Source: Pristiophorus japonicus (Eukaryota). From it: DNA of 64,000 bases. The translations under genes and the position numbers were made by a program. Location: contig NC_091999.1 in NCBI RefSeq assembly GCF_044704955.1, positions 65,968,001-66,032,000 on the forward strand. The letters are read 5' to 3'. Numbering within the stretch: position 1 is the first letter of the stretch; every line of letters begins with the position of its first letter. Below the pieces are notes generated by a model. The model did no database searches and was not told the DNA's origin. It was given only the letters and a program-made list of their open reading frames with translations. This document shows, in pieces, positions 51,376 to 64,000 of the stretch.

Positions 51376-52485
51376 GCGCCTTCAACATAGTAAATCGTCG
51401 AAAGGCGCTACATTGGAGCGTTATTAGAAAATAATTTGACACCGAAGCAGAGAGATTTAGAATCACAGAAATTTACAGCATGGAAGGAATCATTTCAGCC
51501 GATGGTGTTCATGTCGGCCGACAAAGAGCTCTCCAGCCTAATCCCACACATCACCTCTCGGTCCATAGCCCTGTAGGTTATGGCATTTCAAGTGCACATC
51601 CACGTACTTTTTAAATATGGTGAGGGTTTCTGCCTCTACCGCCCTTTCAGGCAGTGAGTTCCACATCCCCACAACCCTCTGGGTGAAGACATTTCCTCTC
51701 AAATCCCCTCTAAATCTACTACCTGCAGAGGGTAGGAGTTCTAGCGCTTTGGGCCTCGGCAGCAGAAGGCAGGACCACTGGTGTTTAAGCGATTAAAATT
51801 ACGGATCCGCAATTGGGCAGAATTCGAGAAACATAGATATATTAGCAGGGGGTTGGACTTCTGATGTTGAAGGGGATTATAGAGATAGGGAGGGGCGAAG
51901 CCAGTGAGGGATTTGTAAATATTGATGGGACTTTTGAAATTGATACGTTGCATACCAGGGAGCCAATGTAGGTCACACGGATGATGGGTGAACAGGACTT
52001 GTTGCGAGTTAGGACATGGGTTGATGAGTTTTGGATGACCTCGGGTTTACATAGTGTAGAACATGGGAGGCCAACCAGGAGTGTGTTTGAATAGTCAATT
52101 CTAGAGGTAACAAAGGCATGGTTGAAGACTTCTGTAGCAGATGAGCTGTGGCAGGAGCAGAGATGAGCGATGTTATGGGGGTGGAAATGGTTGGTTTTGG
52201 TTAAGCTGCGGATGTGTGCTCGGAAGCTCATTTTAGGACAAATATGACACAACGTTTGCAAACAGTCTCGTTCAGCCTCGGCCATATGCTAGAGAAAGGA
52301 ATGTAGTCGGTGACTAGGGAATGGAGTTTGTGACGGGGAAAAAAGACAATGGCTTCAGTCTTCCCAAATTTAATTGGAGAAAATTTCTGCTCACCTGGTA
52401 CTGGATGTTGTAAAAGTAGTCTGACAACCTACAGACTGTGGAGGGGTTGAGAGACGTGGTGGTGAGGTAGAGCTGGGTGTCGTTT
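51375..52485 (-). mobile_element. L2 LINE 3' part, interrupted by a CR1-like 3' fragment (51460-51725)
   Basis: HAFVTSRIDYSNTLLVGLP...IQNSSTHVLTR. Confidence 0.85.
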
Positions 52486-53170
52486 GAATCATCGAATGGT
52501 TACAGCACAGAAGGAGGCCATTCGGCCTGTCAAACACGTGCCGGTTCTCTGCCAGAGCACTTCAGCTAATCCCACTCACCTGCCTTTTCCCCGTAGATCT
52601 AAAACTTCCTCTCCTTCAGATACATATCCAACTCCTTTTTGAAAGCAATGATTGAGTCTGCCTCCACCATGCCTTCAGGCTGTGCATTCCAGATCCTGCA
52701 CACTCGCTGTGTAAGTACTTTTTTTCTCATATTGCCTGTGGTTGTTTTGACAATCACCTTACCTCTGTGTCCTCAGGTTCTCTACCCTTCCGCCAATGGG
52801 AACAGTTTCTCTCGATCGACTCTGTCCAAATGCCTCATGTTTTTGAAAACCTCTATCAAATCTTCTCTGCTCTAAGAAGAACAGCCTCTGCTTCTCAAGT
52901 TTATCCACGTTACTGAAGGCCCTCATCCCTGGAACCATTCTCATATATCTTATCTGCACCCTCTCTAAACCCTTCATATCCTTCCTAAAGTGCGGTGCCC
53001 AGATTTGGACGCACTACTCCAGTTGAGGCCGAACCAATGTTTTATATAGGTTCATCTTAATTGCCACTCTTTTGTCCTCGATACCTCTATTCAGGAAGCC
53101 CAAAATCACGTTAGCTTGTTTAATCGCTTTCATAACCTGTCCTGCCATCTTCAACGATTTTTGCACGTTA
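52486..53170 (-). mobile_element. CR1 3' fragment
   Basis: VRPQLE*CVQIWAPHFRKDMKGLERVQ. Confidence 0.85.
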
Positions 53171-53214
53171 ATTATTTAATCTCTCAGATGTATTATCGAC
53201 CTGACACCTATCAT

Positions 53215-55080
53215 ACGCATGCTTTTTCTGCTTCATCCTGCTCCCAGGTCTGATGTTTGTGGCCGAGGGGAGTCCATGGGCCATGTAGATATTCAGTGTG
53301 AGAGGTTGCAGCCCCTGGGTCGTTACCTGAAGGGGCTGCTCATCAACTCTTGGTTAGACGTTGGCCCCGTGCTCCTAATCTTTGGCCGCCTGATGCGGAG
53401 GGGTGAAGGCAAGACGGAGGTTATTCTCCTGGACCTGCTCTTGGGCCTGGCTCAAACAGCAACGAGTAGGTCCCGGGTGGGCGGGTACCAGGGGTGGGTC
53501 AATCTAGCTACCTGCCTCTCTTCCACGTTCAAGAAAGGAGGGACAGAGAAAACCGGAAACTACAACCCATGTTAGCCTGACATCAGTCTTTGGAAAAATG
53601 TTGGAGTCCATTACTACAGAAGTGTTAACAGAGCATATAGAAAAAATGGTATGATTAGGCAGAGTCAACATGATTTTATGAAAGGTAACCGTGTTTAATA
53701 CATTTATTCAGTTTTCTGAAGATGTACCTAGCGGAGTGGATGAAGGGAAACCAATGGGTGTAATATTTTAGAATTTCCAAAACGCATTTGAAGTGCCACA
53801 AAAATGCTAGTTAAGATCTCATGGAGTTGGGGTATGTATTAGTATGGATAGAGGGTTAATAGATGGAAAACGGAGAGTCGGGATAAACGGGCCATTTTCC
53901 AGTTGGCAGGCTGTGACTAGTAGGATGTTAAAGCTTTGACTTCAGCTACTTACATTCTATATTCATGAACAAGTGAAATGTATACAGGATTGCTGAAGAT
54001 GCAAAGCCAGGTGGGAAAATACGTTGTGAGGAGGACCCAAAGAGCTGCAGAGGGATAGGGATATGTGGCAGATGGAGTATCATGTGGGGAAATGCGAGGT
54101 TATTCACTTTGTTAGCAAGGATGGAAAAACAGAATATTTTTTAAATGGTGAAAAACTAATAAATGTTAGTGTTCAGACAGATTTAGTTGTCCTCGACAGG
54201 AATCACAGCGAGCTGGCATGCCGGTCCAGCAAGCAATTAACAATACATGTTGGCCTTTATTGCAATGTGGTTCGAGTACAAGAGTAAAACGTCTTGCTAC
54301 AATTGTAAAAGGCCTTGGTGAGAGCATCCCTGCAGTACTATGCACAGTTTTGGTCTCCTTAATCTGAGGAAGGATATACTTCCCTTCGAGGGAGTGCATC
54401 GAAGGTTTACCAGACTGATTCACGGGACAGGGGGATTGTCCTATGAGGAGAGATTGAGCAGACTGCGTCTATACTCTCTGGAGTTTAAAAATGAGAAGTG
54501 ATTTCATTGAAACATAAGATTCCGAGGAAGATTAAGAGGGTTGGATGCTGAGAGGTTGCTTCTCCTGTCTGGATAGTCTAGAATTAGGAGGCATAGTGTC
54601 AGGATAAGGGGTAGGCCATATAAGACTGAGATGAGGAGGAATGTCTTCACTGAGAGGATTGTAAATCTTTTGAGTTATCTATCCCAATGGACTGTGGGTG
54701 CTGAGGTGTTGAATACAGTCAAGAATGAGATAAGTAGATTTTTGGACTCGCGGGGAAGGAAGGGATGTCGAGAGAGGTTAGGAAAGTGCAGTTATGGTCA
54801 AATATCAGCCAGGATCTTATTGTTTGGTGGAGCTGTCTCGAGGGGCCGTATGGCCTATTCCTGTGCCTAATTATTGTGGTCTTATGTCTTGCTGGTGCCC
54901 GGATGGGCTTGGAGAGGGAGCATGCAGTGTGCACTGGTTCCTTGATGCCTTCCGCGACCAGTGGAACCTCAGGGTACAGAGTGCCCCATACACACTTGGA
55001 ACTACATTCTGGTTTATTTGGGAATGTTCCTTTTTCTTTTGTTGCTTATTTTGCCTTATTTTTGTTTGATTGGATCACAT
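53215..55080 (+). mobile_element. L1/Tx1-clade ORF2 C-terminal fragment split by a CR1 (53527-54890)
   Basis: Zinc-knuckle-like CGRGESMGHVDIQCERLQPL and LLLGLAQTA; resumes as ARMGLEREHAVCTG...DAFRDQW after the CR1. Confidence 0.75.
53527..54890 (+). mobile_element. Decayed 5'-truncated CR1
   Basis: FKKGGTEKTGNYNP through EMRRNVFTERIVNL and the 3'UTR. Confidence 0.9.
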
Positions 55081-55172
55081 GTTTGTCGGAAGAAGAGAGG
55101 AAAGAATATTTCTTCGGAGCTAGAATTGTCTGTTTTGATTTTCTATCGTGGACTTTTCGAAGTCTTTTTCAG

Positions 55173-55468
55173 GTTATTAGGTTATTAGAAGGGGAAGATT
55201 TACAGACTAGAAATTCAAAACTATCACCTTTTCACGATCTGACAGTCCCTTGATTAATCAGGACCTGAACGCCAACAGCCTTTGAATCTGGAAGAAGGAA
55301 TGTTGACCAATTATGTTTGTGAGAACAGATTTCAAACATCAGTGTGAATGGAGAAGCACCGAGGCACGCACACACACCCGATTGAAAGTGTTCCAGTGCA
55401 CTGACTGTGGAAAGAGCTTTAATCAGTTACACAGCCTGAAAAATATTCCACCATTCACAGTGGGGAAT
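55173..55468 (+). pseudogene. Truncated ZNF exon
   Basis: Conserved intron end and exon start; VFQCTDCGKSFNQLHSLK; breaks off into the inverted VNTR. Confidence 0.82.
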
Positions 55469-55650
55469 TCTGCACTCACTGGTTCCCCTCCCTCTCCTCC
55501 ACTAAATGTGCTAACTCTGGTTGGGTTCAGTTCTACACTCACTGGTTCGCCTCCATCTCCGCCCCTGTTGGTGCTGACCCTGGCTGGGTTCAGTTCTACA
55601 CTCACTGGTTCGCCTCCCTCTCCTCCCCTGGTGGTGCTGGCTCTGGCTCC
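55469..55650 (-). repeat. Inverted splice-donor VNTR, 3 copies of about 63 bp
   Basis: Reverse complement of the 7066-7560 unit. Confidence 0.88.
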
Positions 55651-55859
55651 GTTCCTCTTCACAATACTCTGTCGTTCGCTATAAATATTCCGTCTGTAAT
55701 TTTGGTGAGGGGCTCTCCTCAACTAGTCTTCAATGTATCTTTATTTACAGACTCTCCCTGATTCACTTCCTATCCTGGAGTTTTCCTTGGGGTCGCTTTG
55801 TTGAGCTTCGGGCTGGAATGACGCAGGGAAAACTGGGAAGCTGCGGTTGAGGGGTAGAT

Positions 55860-56262
55860 AATGTTAGATACAGAATAAAACTTCCTTTACACTGTCCATC
55901 GAACAATTTCAGGGCAGGTACTGCACAGGTTAGATACAGAGATAATCTCACTCCATACTGTCTTATCAAACACTCCCAGGGCAGGGAGAGCACAGTTTGG
56001 AAAACAGAATAATGCCGCCTCTACACTGCCCCGTTAAACACTCCCCGGGCAAGTATAGCACACGTTATACACAGAGTAAAGCTCCCACTACACTGTCCCA
56101 TCAAACATTCCCAGGGCAGATACAGCAGGGGATTAGATACAGAGTAAAGCTCCCTCTACACTGCCCCATCAAATATTTCCAGGGCAGGTACAGCACGAAT
56201 TAGAAACAGAGTAAAGATCCCTCTACACTGTCCAAACAAACACTCTCAGAGCGGGTACAGCA
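55860..56262 (+). repeat. 67-68 bp tandem repeat, about 6 copies
   Basis: Same unit as 3620-4290. Confidence 0.9.
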
Positions 56263-56424
56263 GTGTAAAGACCTGAGGAAACCTCTCTTTTCGCATGAAA
56301 AGAATGCTGTGATTGCGTAATTATTTACACAAGAGGTCTCCATTACCCACATTCCCAACTTCCCATCAGACTGTTCACAGAGCAAAACCTTGCAAGAGAC
56401 TTCACAGCACTTACACTTACCGAT

Positions 56425-56940
56425 TGTCTCATATAAACCAACCCCACAGTCACTGACACCAATCCCCTCCTATCTGATAGAAACCCACCCCACAGTCACT
56501 GACACCAATCCCCTTCTGTCTGATATAAACCAACCCCACAGTCACTGACACCAATCCCCTCCTGTCTGATAAACCAACTGCACAATGACTGACACCAATC
56601 TCCTGTCTGATATAAACCAACCCCAGTCACTGACACCAGTCTGCTCCTGTCTGATATAAACCAACTCCACAGTCACTGACACCAATCCCCTCCTGTCTGA
56701 TATAAACCAACCCCACAGTCACTGATACCAATCTCCTGTCTGATACAAATCATCCACGCAGTCACTGACACCAATCCTCTCCTGTCTGATATAAACCAAC
56801 CCCACAGTCACTGATACCAATCCCCTGTCTGATACAAATCATCCACGCAGTCACTGACACCAATTCCCTCCTGTCTGATATAAACCAACCCCACAGTCAC
56901 TGACACCAATCCCTCCTGTCTGATATGAACCGACCCCACA
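56425..56940 (+). repeat. 46-bp minisatellite, about 11 copies
   Basis: Unit ataaaccaaccccacagtcactgacaccaatcccctcctgtctgat. Confidence 0.93.
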
Positions 56941-56959
56941 GGCCCAGAAGGATTGAACT

Positions 56960-58150
56960 CAGCCCGTTACTTGAATTGGATTGTCTCCATTCCGGTGCCA
57001 AGGAGATTGCTGTACCAGACGGAGGGGAAACATTTGGGACATTGATTCTCCACCAATTCCCATTTCCCTTCTTTCTGGTGGATAATGGAGGGGCCGCTGT
57101 GTGTAATGTGCAAGTCAGTGAGCATTGTCAGCAAGGATTAATCAGCACTCTCTAATTGAAGATGTGCATCAGTGAAACCTTTCAGTCACTGAATTGTAGA
57201 TTTTGTACCAAGGCTCAATTTAGGATTGAAGCAAAATTTTATAATTTTATTGCAAACACATTTCTGAAGGGAGTGCGGACGAAGGGTCATCGACCTGAAA
57301 CATTAACTCTGTTTCTCTCCACAAATGTTCCTGATCCGCTGAGATTATCAGCATTTTCTGTTTTTATTTCAGATTCCACGACAGAACATTTCAGGACGTG
57401 ACATTCCAGGATTCTCACAGAAAGAACAGACAAATATTTCACCTTCCACATTCACAGGCCGATTAAATCCAGGTCCTGATTAATCGAGTGAGACTGTCAG
57501 CTCTAACCGTGATGTTTGGTTCGAGTTCCCCGTCTGCATATCCTCCCCTTCTAATACGCTGTAAAAGGAGTTACAAAATACATCACTGTAAGTATAGGAT
57601 AGATATTTAGAACAGACAATTCTAGTTTCTATGGAACATTCTTTCCTCTCTTGTTCCCCCAAACCTGTAAAACCGTCCTACGCACTCTCCCTCCTCCCTG
57701 AGCAGAAACCAAAATCTATCGCACCATCTCCAACACTTCTTTCCTGAACTCCCAGTTTTCTCCCTCCCTCTGTTCTGGTTGGTTTCAGTTCTTCACCCTT
57801 CCGTGTGCAGAGTGAGAATAAAATCAATGAGTCAATGATTTTCTCTCCTGGCCACTGGGACCCTGAAGCCCCGCCCACTCTTCATTCCAGTACGAAGAAG
57901 GCTGCGCTGCAAGTGGAACCGTTCTCTCTTTCCTGCACTAAGATGGCTGTCCGTAACCCGGGCTTGTCACAGATAAAAAGCCTCAAGGGAGCCGTCCGAT
58001 GGAACAGACAACGGGCCGCTGGATCACTTTCAGGCCCTGAGGCTGTTCCCCAACTTATTAAATCGTGCGGCGCGGCCTACCAGCAAATTATTAATCACTC
58101 GCTCCCCCCCGTCCGTTTTATTTTCCTTGTGTTTTATTGCCCGCGTTGCT
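56960..58150 (-). pseudogene. Finger-less ZNF locus: promoter, intron, exon start and distal 3' block
   Basis: YY1-like AAGATGGC near 57941; GC box; conserved intron; acceptor at 57559-57561; exon start; then a Penelope-like fragment and a 3' block homologous to 8860-9140. Confidence 0.75.
57262..57380 (+). mobile_element. Penelope-like terminal fragment with a decayed minimal hammerhead ribozyme core
   Basis: cggacga-agggtc-atc-gacct-gaaac at 57276-57301, followed by ttaactctgtttctctccac...gcattttctgtttttatttcagattcca. Confidence 0.6.
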
Positions 58151-58179
58151 CAAGACCCAAATCTGGAAACACAGAGAGA

Positions 58180-61020
58180 GCAATTGAGATCTCATTGAAA
58201 TATAAGCGATTCTGAGCAGGATGACAGGATAGATGCTGAGAGGTTGTTTCCCCTGGCTGGAGAGTCTAGAACTAGAGGGCAGAGTTTCAGGATAAGGGGT
58301 CGGTGATTTAAGACAGAGAAGAGGATGAATTTCATCACTTAGAGCGTTGCGAATCTTTGAAATTCTCAATCCAAATGACTGGATGTTGAATCGTTGAGTA
58401 CATTCAAGGCTGAGATCGATAGATTTTTGAACTGTAGAAGAATCAAGGGATAGGGGGACAATGCAGCAAAGTGGATTTGTGGTTGACAATCAGCCACGAT
58501 CTTATTGAATGGCGGAGCTGGCACGAGTGGCTGTATGCCCCACTCCCGCTCCTAATTCTTATGTTCTTATATAACGTCACACCTTACCATGAAAACCCCT
58601 GCAGAATTGATAACACTAATTGAATCCTTTCTCCCTTAACATCCCCTGATCTTTTGGCCCTCTTGTGGTTTGCTTTGAGAGATTCCGTTGGGCGAACGTC
58701 ACTGGGAAAATGTAAGTTGTTGTGTGTGGAGTTAAATAATGATGTTAAAAAGCTCTGGCGCCTGCAGTCGATGTTTATCATCAGCAAATGGCGACAGTGA
58801 GCTCATTGAAACAGGAATGATGCAGAGGCCGCTGTTGCTCAGCAGATAAGTCACCGGCTGCATTGTTAGAACAAGTTATATAATTGTTATCAATTAATAA
58901 TTTACTAACACTGAGATTACTTCTCACTCCAATTGTAAGAGAGCAAGCATCCTTATAATTAATCTGACGGAACAAGAGAGATTGAATTCGTTTCAATCCA
59001 GACTTTAGAAAGTATGTCCAGGCCTTGAAGATGAAACAGAAGAGATTTACTAGAATACTGCCAGGAATGAGCTATTTCAGTTATGCAGAGACGAGAGAAA
59101 CTGGGATTGCAGCGAAGGTTAAAGGACGATTTAATTGAGGTGATTATAAGGATGAAAGGTTGTGACAGAACAATAGAGGTTTATGACACAGAGGGAGGCC
59201 ATTGCGCCCATCGTGTCTGTGCCGGCTGAAATAATGCTATCCGGCCTAATCGCACTTTCCAGCTCTTGGTCCATAGCCCTGTAGGTTACGGCACCTCACG
59301 TGCATATCCAAGTATTTTTCAATGAGATAAGGGCTTCTGCCTGCACCTCCCTTTCAGGCAGTGAGTTCCAGACCCCCACCCCTTTGGATAAAAAACATTT
59401 CTCCTCGATCCTTTTTCATCCTTCTACTTTACGTCTATTCTCCCTGGTTATTGAACATTCTGCTGAGCGAAATAGCTCCTTCCAACCACTCTATCTAGGC
59501 CCCTTATAATCTTGTACACATCAATTAAATCTCCAGTCAGCCTCCACTTTTCCAAAAAAATAGCACAAGCCGATCCAATCTTTCTCCATAGCTAATATTC
59601 TCCAGTCCAGGAAACATCTTCGTCAATCTCATCTGTACCCTCTCTCTTGCAATCACATCATTCCTGTAATATGGTGACCAGAACCGAACGCAGTACTCTC
59701 ACGGTGGTTTTACTAGTGTTTTATAGATTTAATGCATAACCTCTCTGCTCTTATAGTCTATGCCACGACTAACAAAGGCACGTATTCCATCTACCTTTTT
59801 AACCACTATATCTACCTTTCCTTCCACCTTCAGGGTTCTATGGACCTGCACTCCATCGTCTTCGAGTAATGCAGCAGTTTTAGTCCCCTTATTTAAGGAA
59901 GCATGTACTTGCCCTGGTGTTGGTGGAACGGAGGTTCACTGGATTGATTCCTGGGATGAGAGAGCTGTTTTATGATAAGAGATTGTTTAGAATGGGCCTA
60001 TGCTATCTGCAGTTTAGAAGACTGAGAGAAGGTCTCATCGAAAGATATAGAATTCTGAAGAGTGTTGAAAGGGTAGATGCTGAGACGTTGTTTCCCCTGG
60101 CTGGAGAGTCTAGAACTAGAGGGCATAATTTCAGGATAAGGGGTCGGCCATTTAAGACAGAGAATTTCGTCACTCAGAGCATTGTGAATCTTCAATTCAC
60201 AATCCAAAGGACTGTGGATGTTGAGTCGTTGAATATATTCAAGGCTGAGATTGATAGATTTTTGGATTGTAGGAGAATCAAGGGATATTGGGATAATGCA
60301 GCAAAGTGGAATTGAGGTAGATGATCAGCTATGGTCTTATTGAATGGTGGAGCAGGCTCGAGGGGCCGTATGGCCGCCTCCTGCTCCGAATTCTTATGTT
60401 CTTATAAAACTTCACACCTGCCCATGAAAACCTCCTCAGAATTGATAACACTAAGTGTGTCCTGTCTCCTTAACTCCCCCTGATCTCTTAGCCCTCTTGT
60501 GGTTTGCTCTGAGAAACTCCTCTGCGTGAACGTCGCTGGGAAAATGCAAGTTATTGTGTGTGGAATTAAATAATCATGTTTAAACAAAACTCTGGTGCCT
60601 GCAGTACATGTTTATCATCAGCAGGTGGCGAGAATGAGCTTATTGAAATAGGAATCAGCAGAGGCTGCTGTTGCTGATCAGATAAGTCACCGTCTGCACT
60701 GTCAGGACAAGTTATATCGTCGTTATCAATTAATAATTACTGATACTCAGATTACTGCTCAGTCCAATTTTAAGAGAGCTTTCATCTTTAGAAATAATGT
60801 GACGGAACAATTGAGATTGAATGAATTTCAATCCAGACTTTGGGAAATATGTCATGGCCTTGAAGACAGTGCAGAATAGATCAACTCGAATTCTCCCAGG
60901 AATGAGGTATTTCACTTATGCAGAGAGTAGAGAAACTGGGATTGAGCGGAGAAGGTTATAGGATGATTTTATAGAAGTGTTTAAAATGAGCAAATGTTGT
61001 GATAGAATCATAGATGTTTA
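58180..61020 (+). repeat. Local direct duplication (58180-59190 versus 60030-61020) made of a CR1 3' end, a unique segment and a CR1 piece; a minus-strand CR1 lies at 59170-59855
   Basis: Colinear similarity, e.g. ccatgaaaacc...agaattgataacactaa near 58587 and 60422. Confidence 0.85.
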
Positions 61021-61795
61021 CATCACACTAGACCCTGTCTATGTTTTTATTACAATAGGCGCTGTCTCTGTTTATATTACACTAGACCCTGTCTCTGTTT
61101 ACATTACACTAGACCCTATCGCTGTTTAAAATACACGAGACTCTATCTCGGTTTATTTTACGCTAGGCCCTGACTCTGTTTATATGAAACTATACTCTTT
61201 CTCTGTTTATATTACACTGGGCCCTGTCACAGTTATTACTGCCCTACACCATGTTTGAAATATTGTACACTATAACATGCCCCTGTTTATATTGCAGTCG
61301 ATCTTGTCATAGTTATTGCTGTACTAGACCATGCACCTGTTTATATTATGCAAGGCTGTGTCTTAGTTAAAATTCCTAAGGTGATTAAAATTATGAAAGG
61401 TAGTCATGGACTCATAGACGTTTGCATTTCCTGGAACCTGTCTCTCTTTACATCACACTAGCCCCTGTCTTTGTTTATATAACATTGGCCCTGTATGTTT
61501 TATTACTCTAGACCCTATCTGTTTATATTACTCTAGATCCTGTCTCTGTGTATATATTACAGTAGACCATGTCTCTGTCTACATCACACTAGGCCCTGTC
61601 TTTGTTTATAGTACACTTGGCCCTATCTGTTTATATTACTCTAGATCCTGTCTCTGTTTATATATTATACTAGACCATGTCTCTCTTTATATTACACTAG
61701 ACCTTGTCTCTGTTTATATTACACTAGACCCTTTCTCAGTTATTACTGCACTAGAACGTGTCTCTGTTTATATTAAATTATACACTGTCTCTGTT
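61020..61795 (+). repeat. 27-bp AT-rich minisatellite, about 25 copies
   Basis: Unit tattacactagaccctgtctctgttta; interrupted at 61370-61430. Confidence 0.92.
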
Positions 61796-62334
61796 AGATA
61801 GTGAGACAGGTGATAGATAGACATTGATAAACGTAAATATATATTTTTGCATCTGTAAGAGGATGCAATAATTTATTTTTACTTCGGAGCGCATTTATTC
61901 TTGTTAACAGCTATCAGCATCTGCGGGCAATATCCTTTTGATCTGGTATTGTGTGTATAATATTTGTGTTGAGAGGATGGGGTGAATCCTGTAACAATCT
62001 CCCAGAAATGGACTGGGATTGAGGGACAGGACTGAAGGTTGACAATTCACTGCACTTCGCACTACTTAGTGGCATTCTGTGTGTTAAATGTTACTAATTC
62101 ACACTTGTGTTGCCCTGTGCCAATTGCTCACAGTTTTTAATGTTTAGGATTGTTTTTGATGCAGTATTTTCCATTCAGCTTTCACGTGACCCACGGATTT
62201 TGTCAGACTGAGCCTGCAACCGTGACCTCACAACACTGCCGGTTGGGCAGCCGCTGGGTCCTAATGTCCACTGTGTTTAACAGCTCTCATTTGGTTGAGA
62301 GGAACACAAAAAGCACACACAAAATGTTGGTTTA

Positions 62335-63655
62335 TAAGAACATAAGAACTAGGAACAGGAGTGGGCCATCCGGCCTTTCGAGCCTGCTCCGCCATTTAAT
62401 CAGCTGATGGCTGATCTGATATTGGTCCCAACTCCACGTTCCTGCCTGTTCCCCACAACCCTTGACTCCGCTATAGTTCAAGAATCTGTCTATCTCAGCC
62501 TTGAATATGTTCAATGATGCAGCTTCTAAAGCTTTCTGTGGTAGACAATTCCAAAGATTCACGACTCTCTGATAGAATAAATTCCTCCTCATCTTCGTCT
62601 TAAATGGGTGACCCTTTATTCTGAAACTATGCCCCCTAGTTCGTGATTATCCAACGAGGGGAAATATCGTATCAGCATCTACTCTGTCAAGCCTCCTCAG
62701 AATCGTATGTGCACGATTAAGATCACCTCATATTCTTCGAGATACCAAAGAGTACAGGCCCAACCTGGTCAAACTTTCCTCATAAGGCAATACTTTCATT
62801 TCAGTAATTAACCTCTTGAACTTTCTCTGAACTGCCTCCAAAGCAAGTATATATTTTCTTAAATAAGGAGACCAAAACTGTATGCAGTACTCCAGGTGTG
62901 GTCTCACCAACACTCTGTACAGTTGTAGCAGGACTTCACTACTTTTATACTCCATCCCCCTTGCAATAAAGGTCAACATTCCATTTGTCTTCCTGATTAC
63001 TTGCTGTACCTGCATGCTAACTTTTTGTGTTTCATGTACAAGGACCCCAATATCCCTCTGTCACGCAGCATTCTGTCGTCTCTCTCCATTTCAATAATTC
63101 TTTGCTTTTCTATTCTTTCTACCTAAGTGGATAACCTCACATTTTTCCACATTATGCTCCAGGTGGCAATTTTTGGCCACTCACTTATTCCCTTTGCAGT
63201 CTCCTTGTGTCCTCTTCACAACTTGCAGTCCCATCCATCTTTGTATTATCAGTAAATTTGGCAACATTTCACTCGGCCCATTCATCCAAGTCATTAATAC
63301 AGATTGTGAATATTTGCGGTTCCAGCATTGATCCCTGTTGCACCCCATTATTTACAGTTTGCCAACGTGAAAATGACCCATTTATCCCGACCCTGTTTTC
63401 TGTTAGTTAGTAAATCCTCCATCATATTACCTCCAACACCATGACCTCTTATCTTGCGTAGAAACCTTTATGTGAGACCTTATCGAATGCCTTTTGGAAA
63501 TCAAAATAAACTACATCTATCAGTTCTCATTAATCCACTCTGCTCGTGACATCCTCAAAGAACGCTAATAAAATTGTCAAATAGGATTTCCCTTTCATAA
63601 AACCATGGTTATGCTGCTTGATTGTATTATGATTTTCTAAATGTCCTGCTACGAC
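62335..63655 (-). mobile_element. 5'-truncated CR1
   Basis: RPHLEYCIQFWSPYLRK; tail near 62335. Confidence 0.92.
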
Positions 63656-63659
63656 TTAT

Positions 63660-64000
63660 ATATTTAAGATTGAGAGAGACAGATTTTTGAATGATAAGAA
63701 TGTGAAGGGTTATGGGGAGCAGGCAGGGAACTGGAGCTGAGCCCACGATCAAATCAGCTATGATCTTATTAAAGTGTGGAGCAGGCTCGAGGGGCCTAAC
63801 AGACTGCTACTGCTTATTTTTCTTATGGTCTTATAAGAACGTATGAATAGGAGCAGGAGCAGGCCATATGTCCCCTGAAGCATGCTCCACCATTCAATAC
63901 GATCATGGCTGAACCGATCATGGACTGAGGTCCAACTCCCTGCCCGTTCCCCATAACCCCTCATGCCCTTATCTTTTAAGAAACTGTCTATTTCTGTCTT
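63660..64000. mobile_element. Two CR1 3' ends joined tail to tail
   Basis: Plus copy at 63660-63833; minus copy at 63834-64000. Confidence 0.85.

Noticed and set aside
56425-56940. CRISPR-like appearance of this and other regular arrays
   Set aside because: Units are head to tail without unique spacers, no cas genes are present, and the context is eukaryotic.

Overview
Vertebrate genomic DNA, probably a cartilaginous fish (inferred from the CR1/L2/RTE/SINE repertoire and the zinc-finger style; not provable here). I found no intact protein-coding gene. The window begins with the 3' half of a decayed class I endogenous retrovirus (integrase with an internal deletion, env splice acceptor, gamma-type env, PPT, 3' LTR). 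The rest is a decaying cluster of KRAB-less C2H2 zinc-finger loci: about nine exon remnants on both strands plus two isolated 3'UTR remnants. These are built from a repeated cassette of CpG-rich promoter (ZNF143/NRF1/YY1 motifs), VNTR, conserved intron end, finger exon and conserved 3'UTR. A large segmental duplication (about 3.6-21.0 kb versus 40.4-47.9 kb) runs through the window. It also holds more than ten distinct minisatellites, including a 6.5-kb 41-bp array, and many retroelements: CR1 (one near full length), L2, RTE (one near full length and one bipartite non-autonomous), Tx1, a Penelope-like fragment with a decayed hammerhead core, a hAT end and SINEs. Most notable: a different VNTR follows nearly every promoter; one VNTR multiplies 5' splice donors; several ZNF loci have lost all fingers but kept promoter and 3'UTR; and four small in-frame exons of an unidentified gene appear split between the two duplicate copies. 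Repeat boundaries are approximate and were read by eye.
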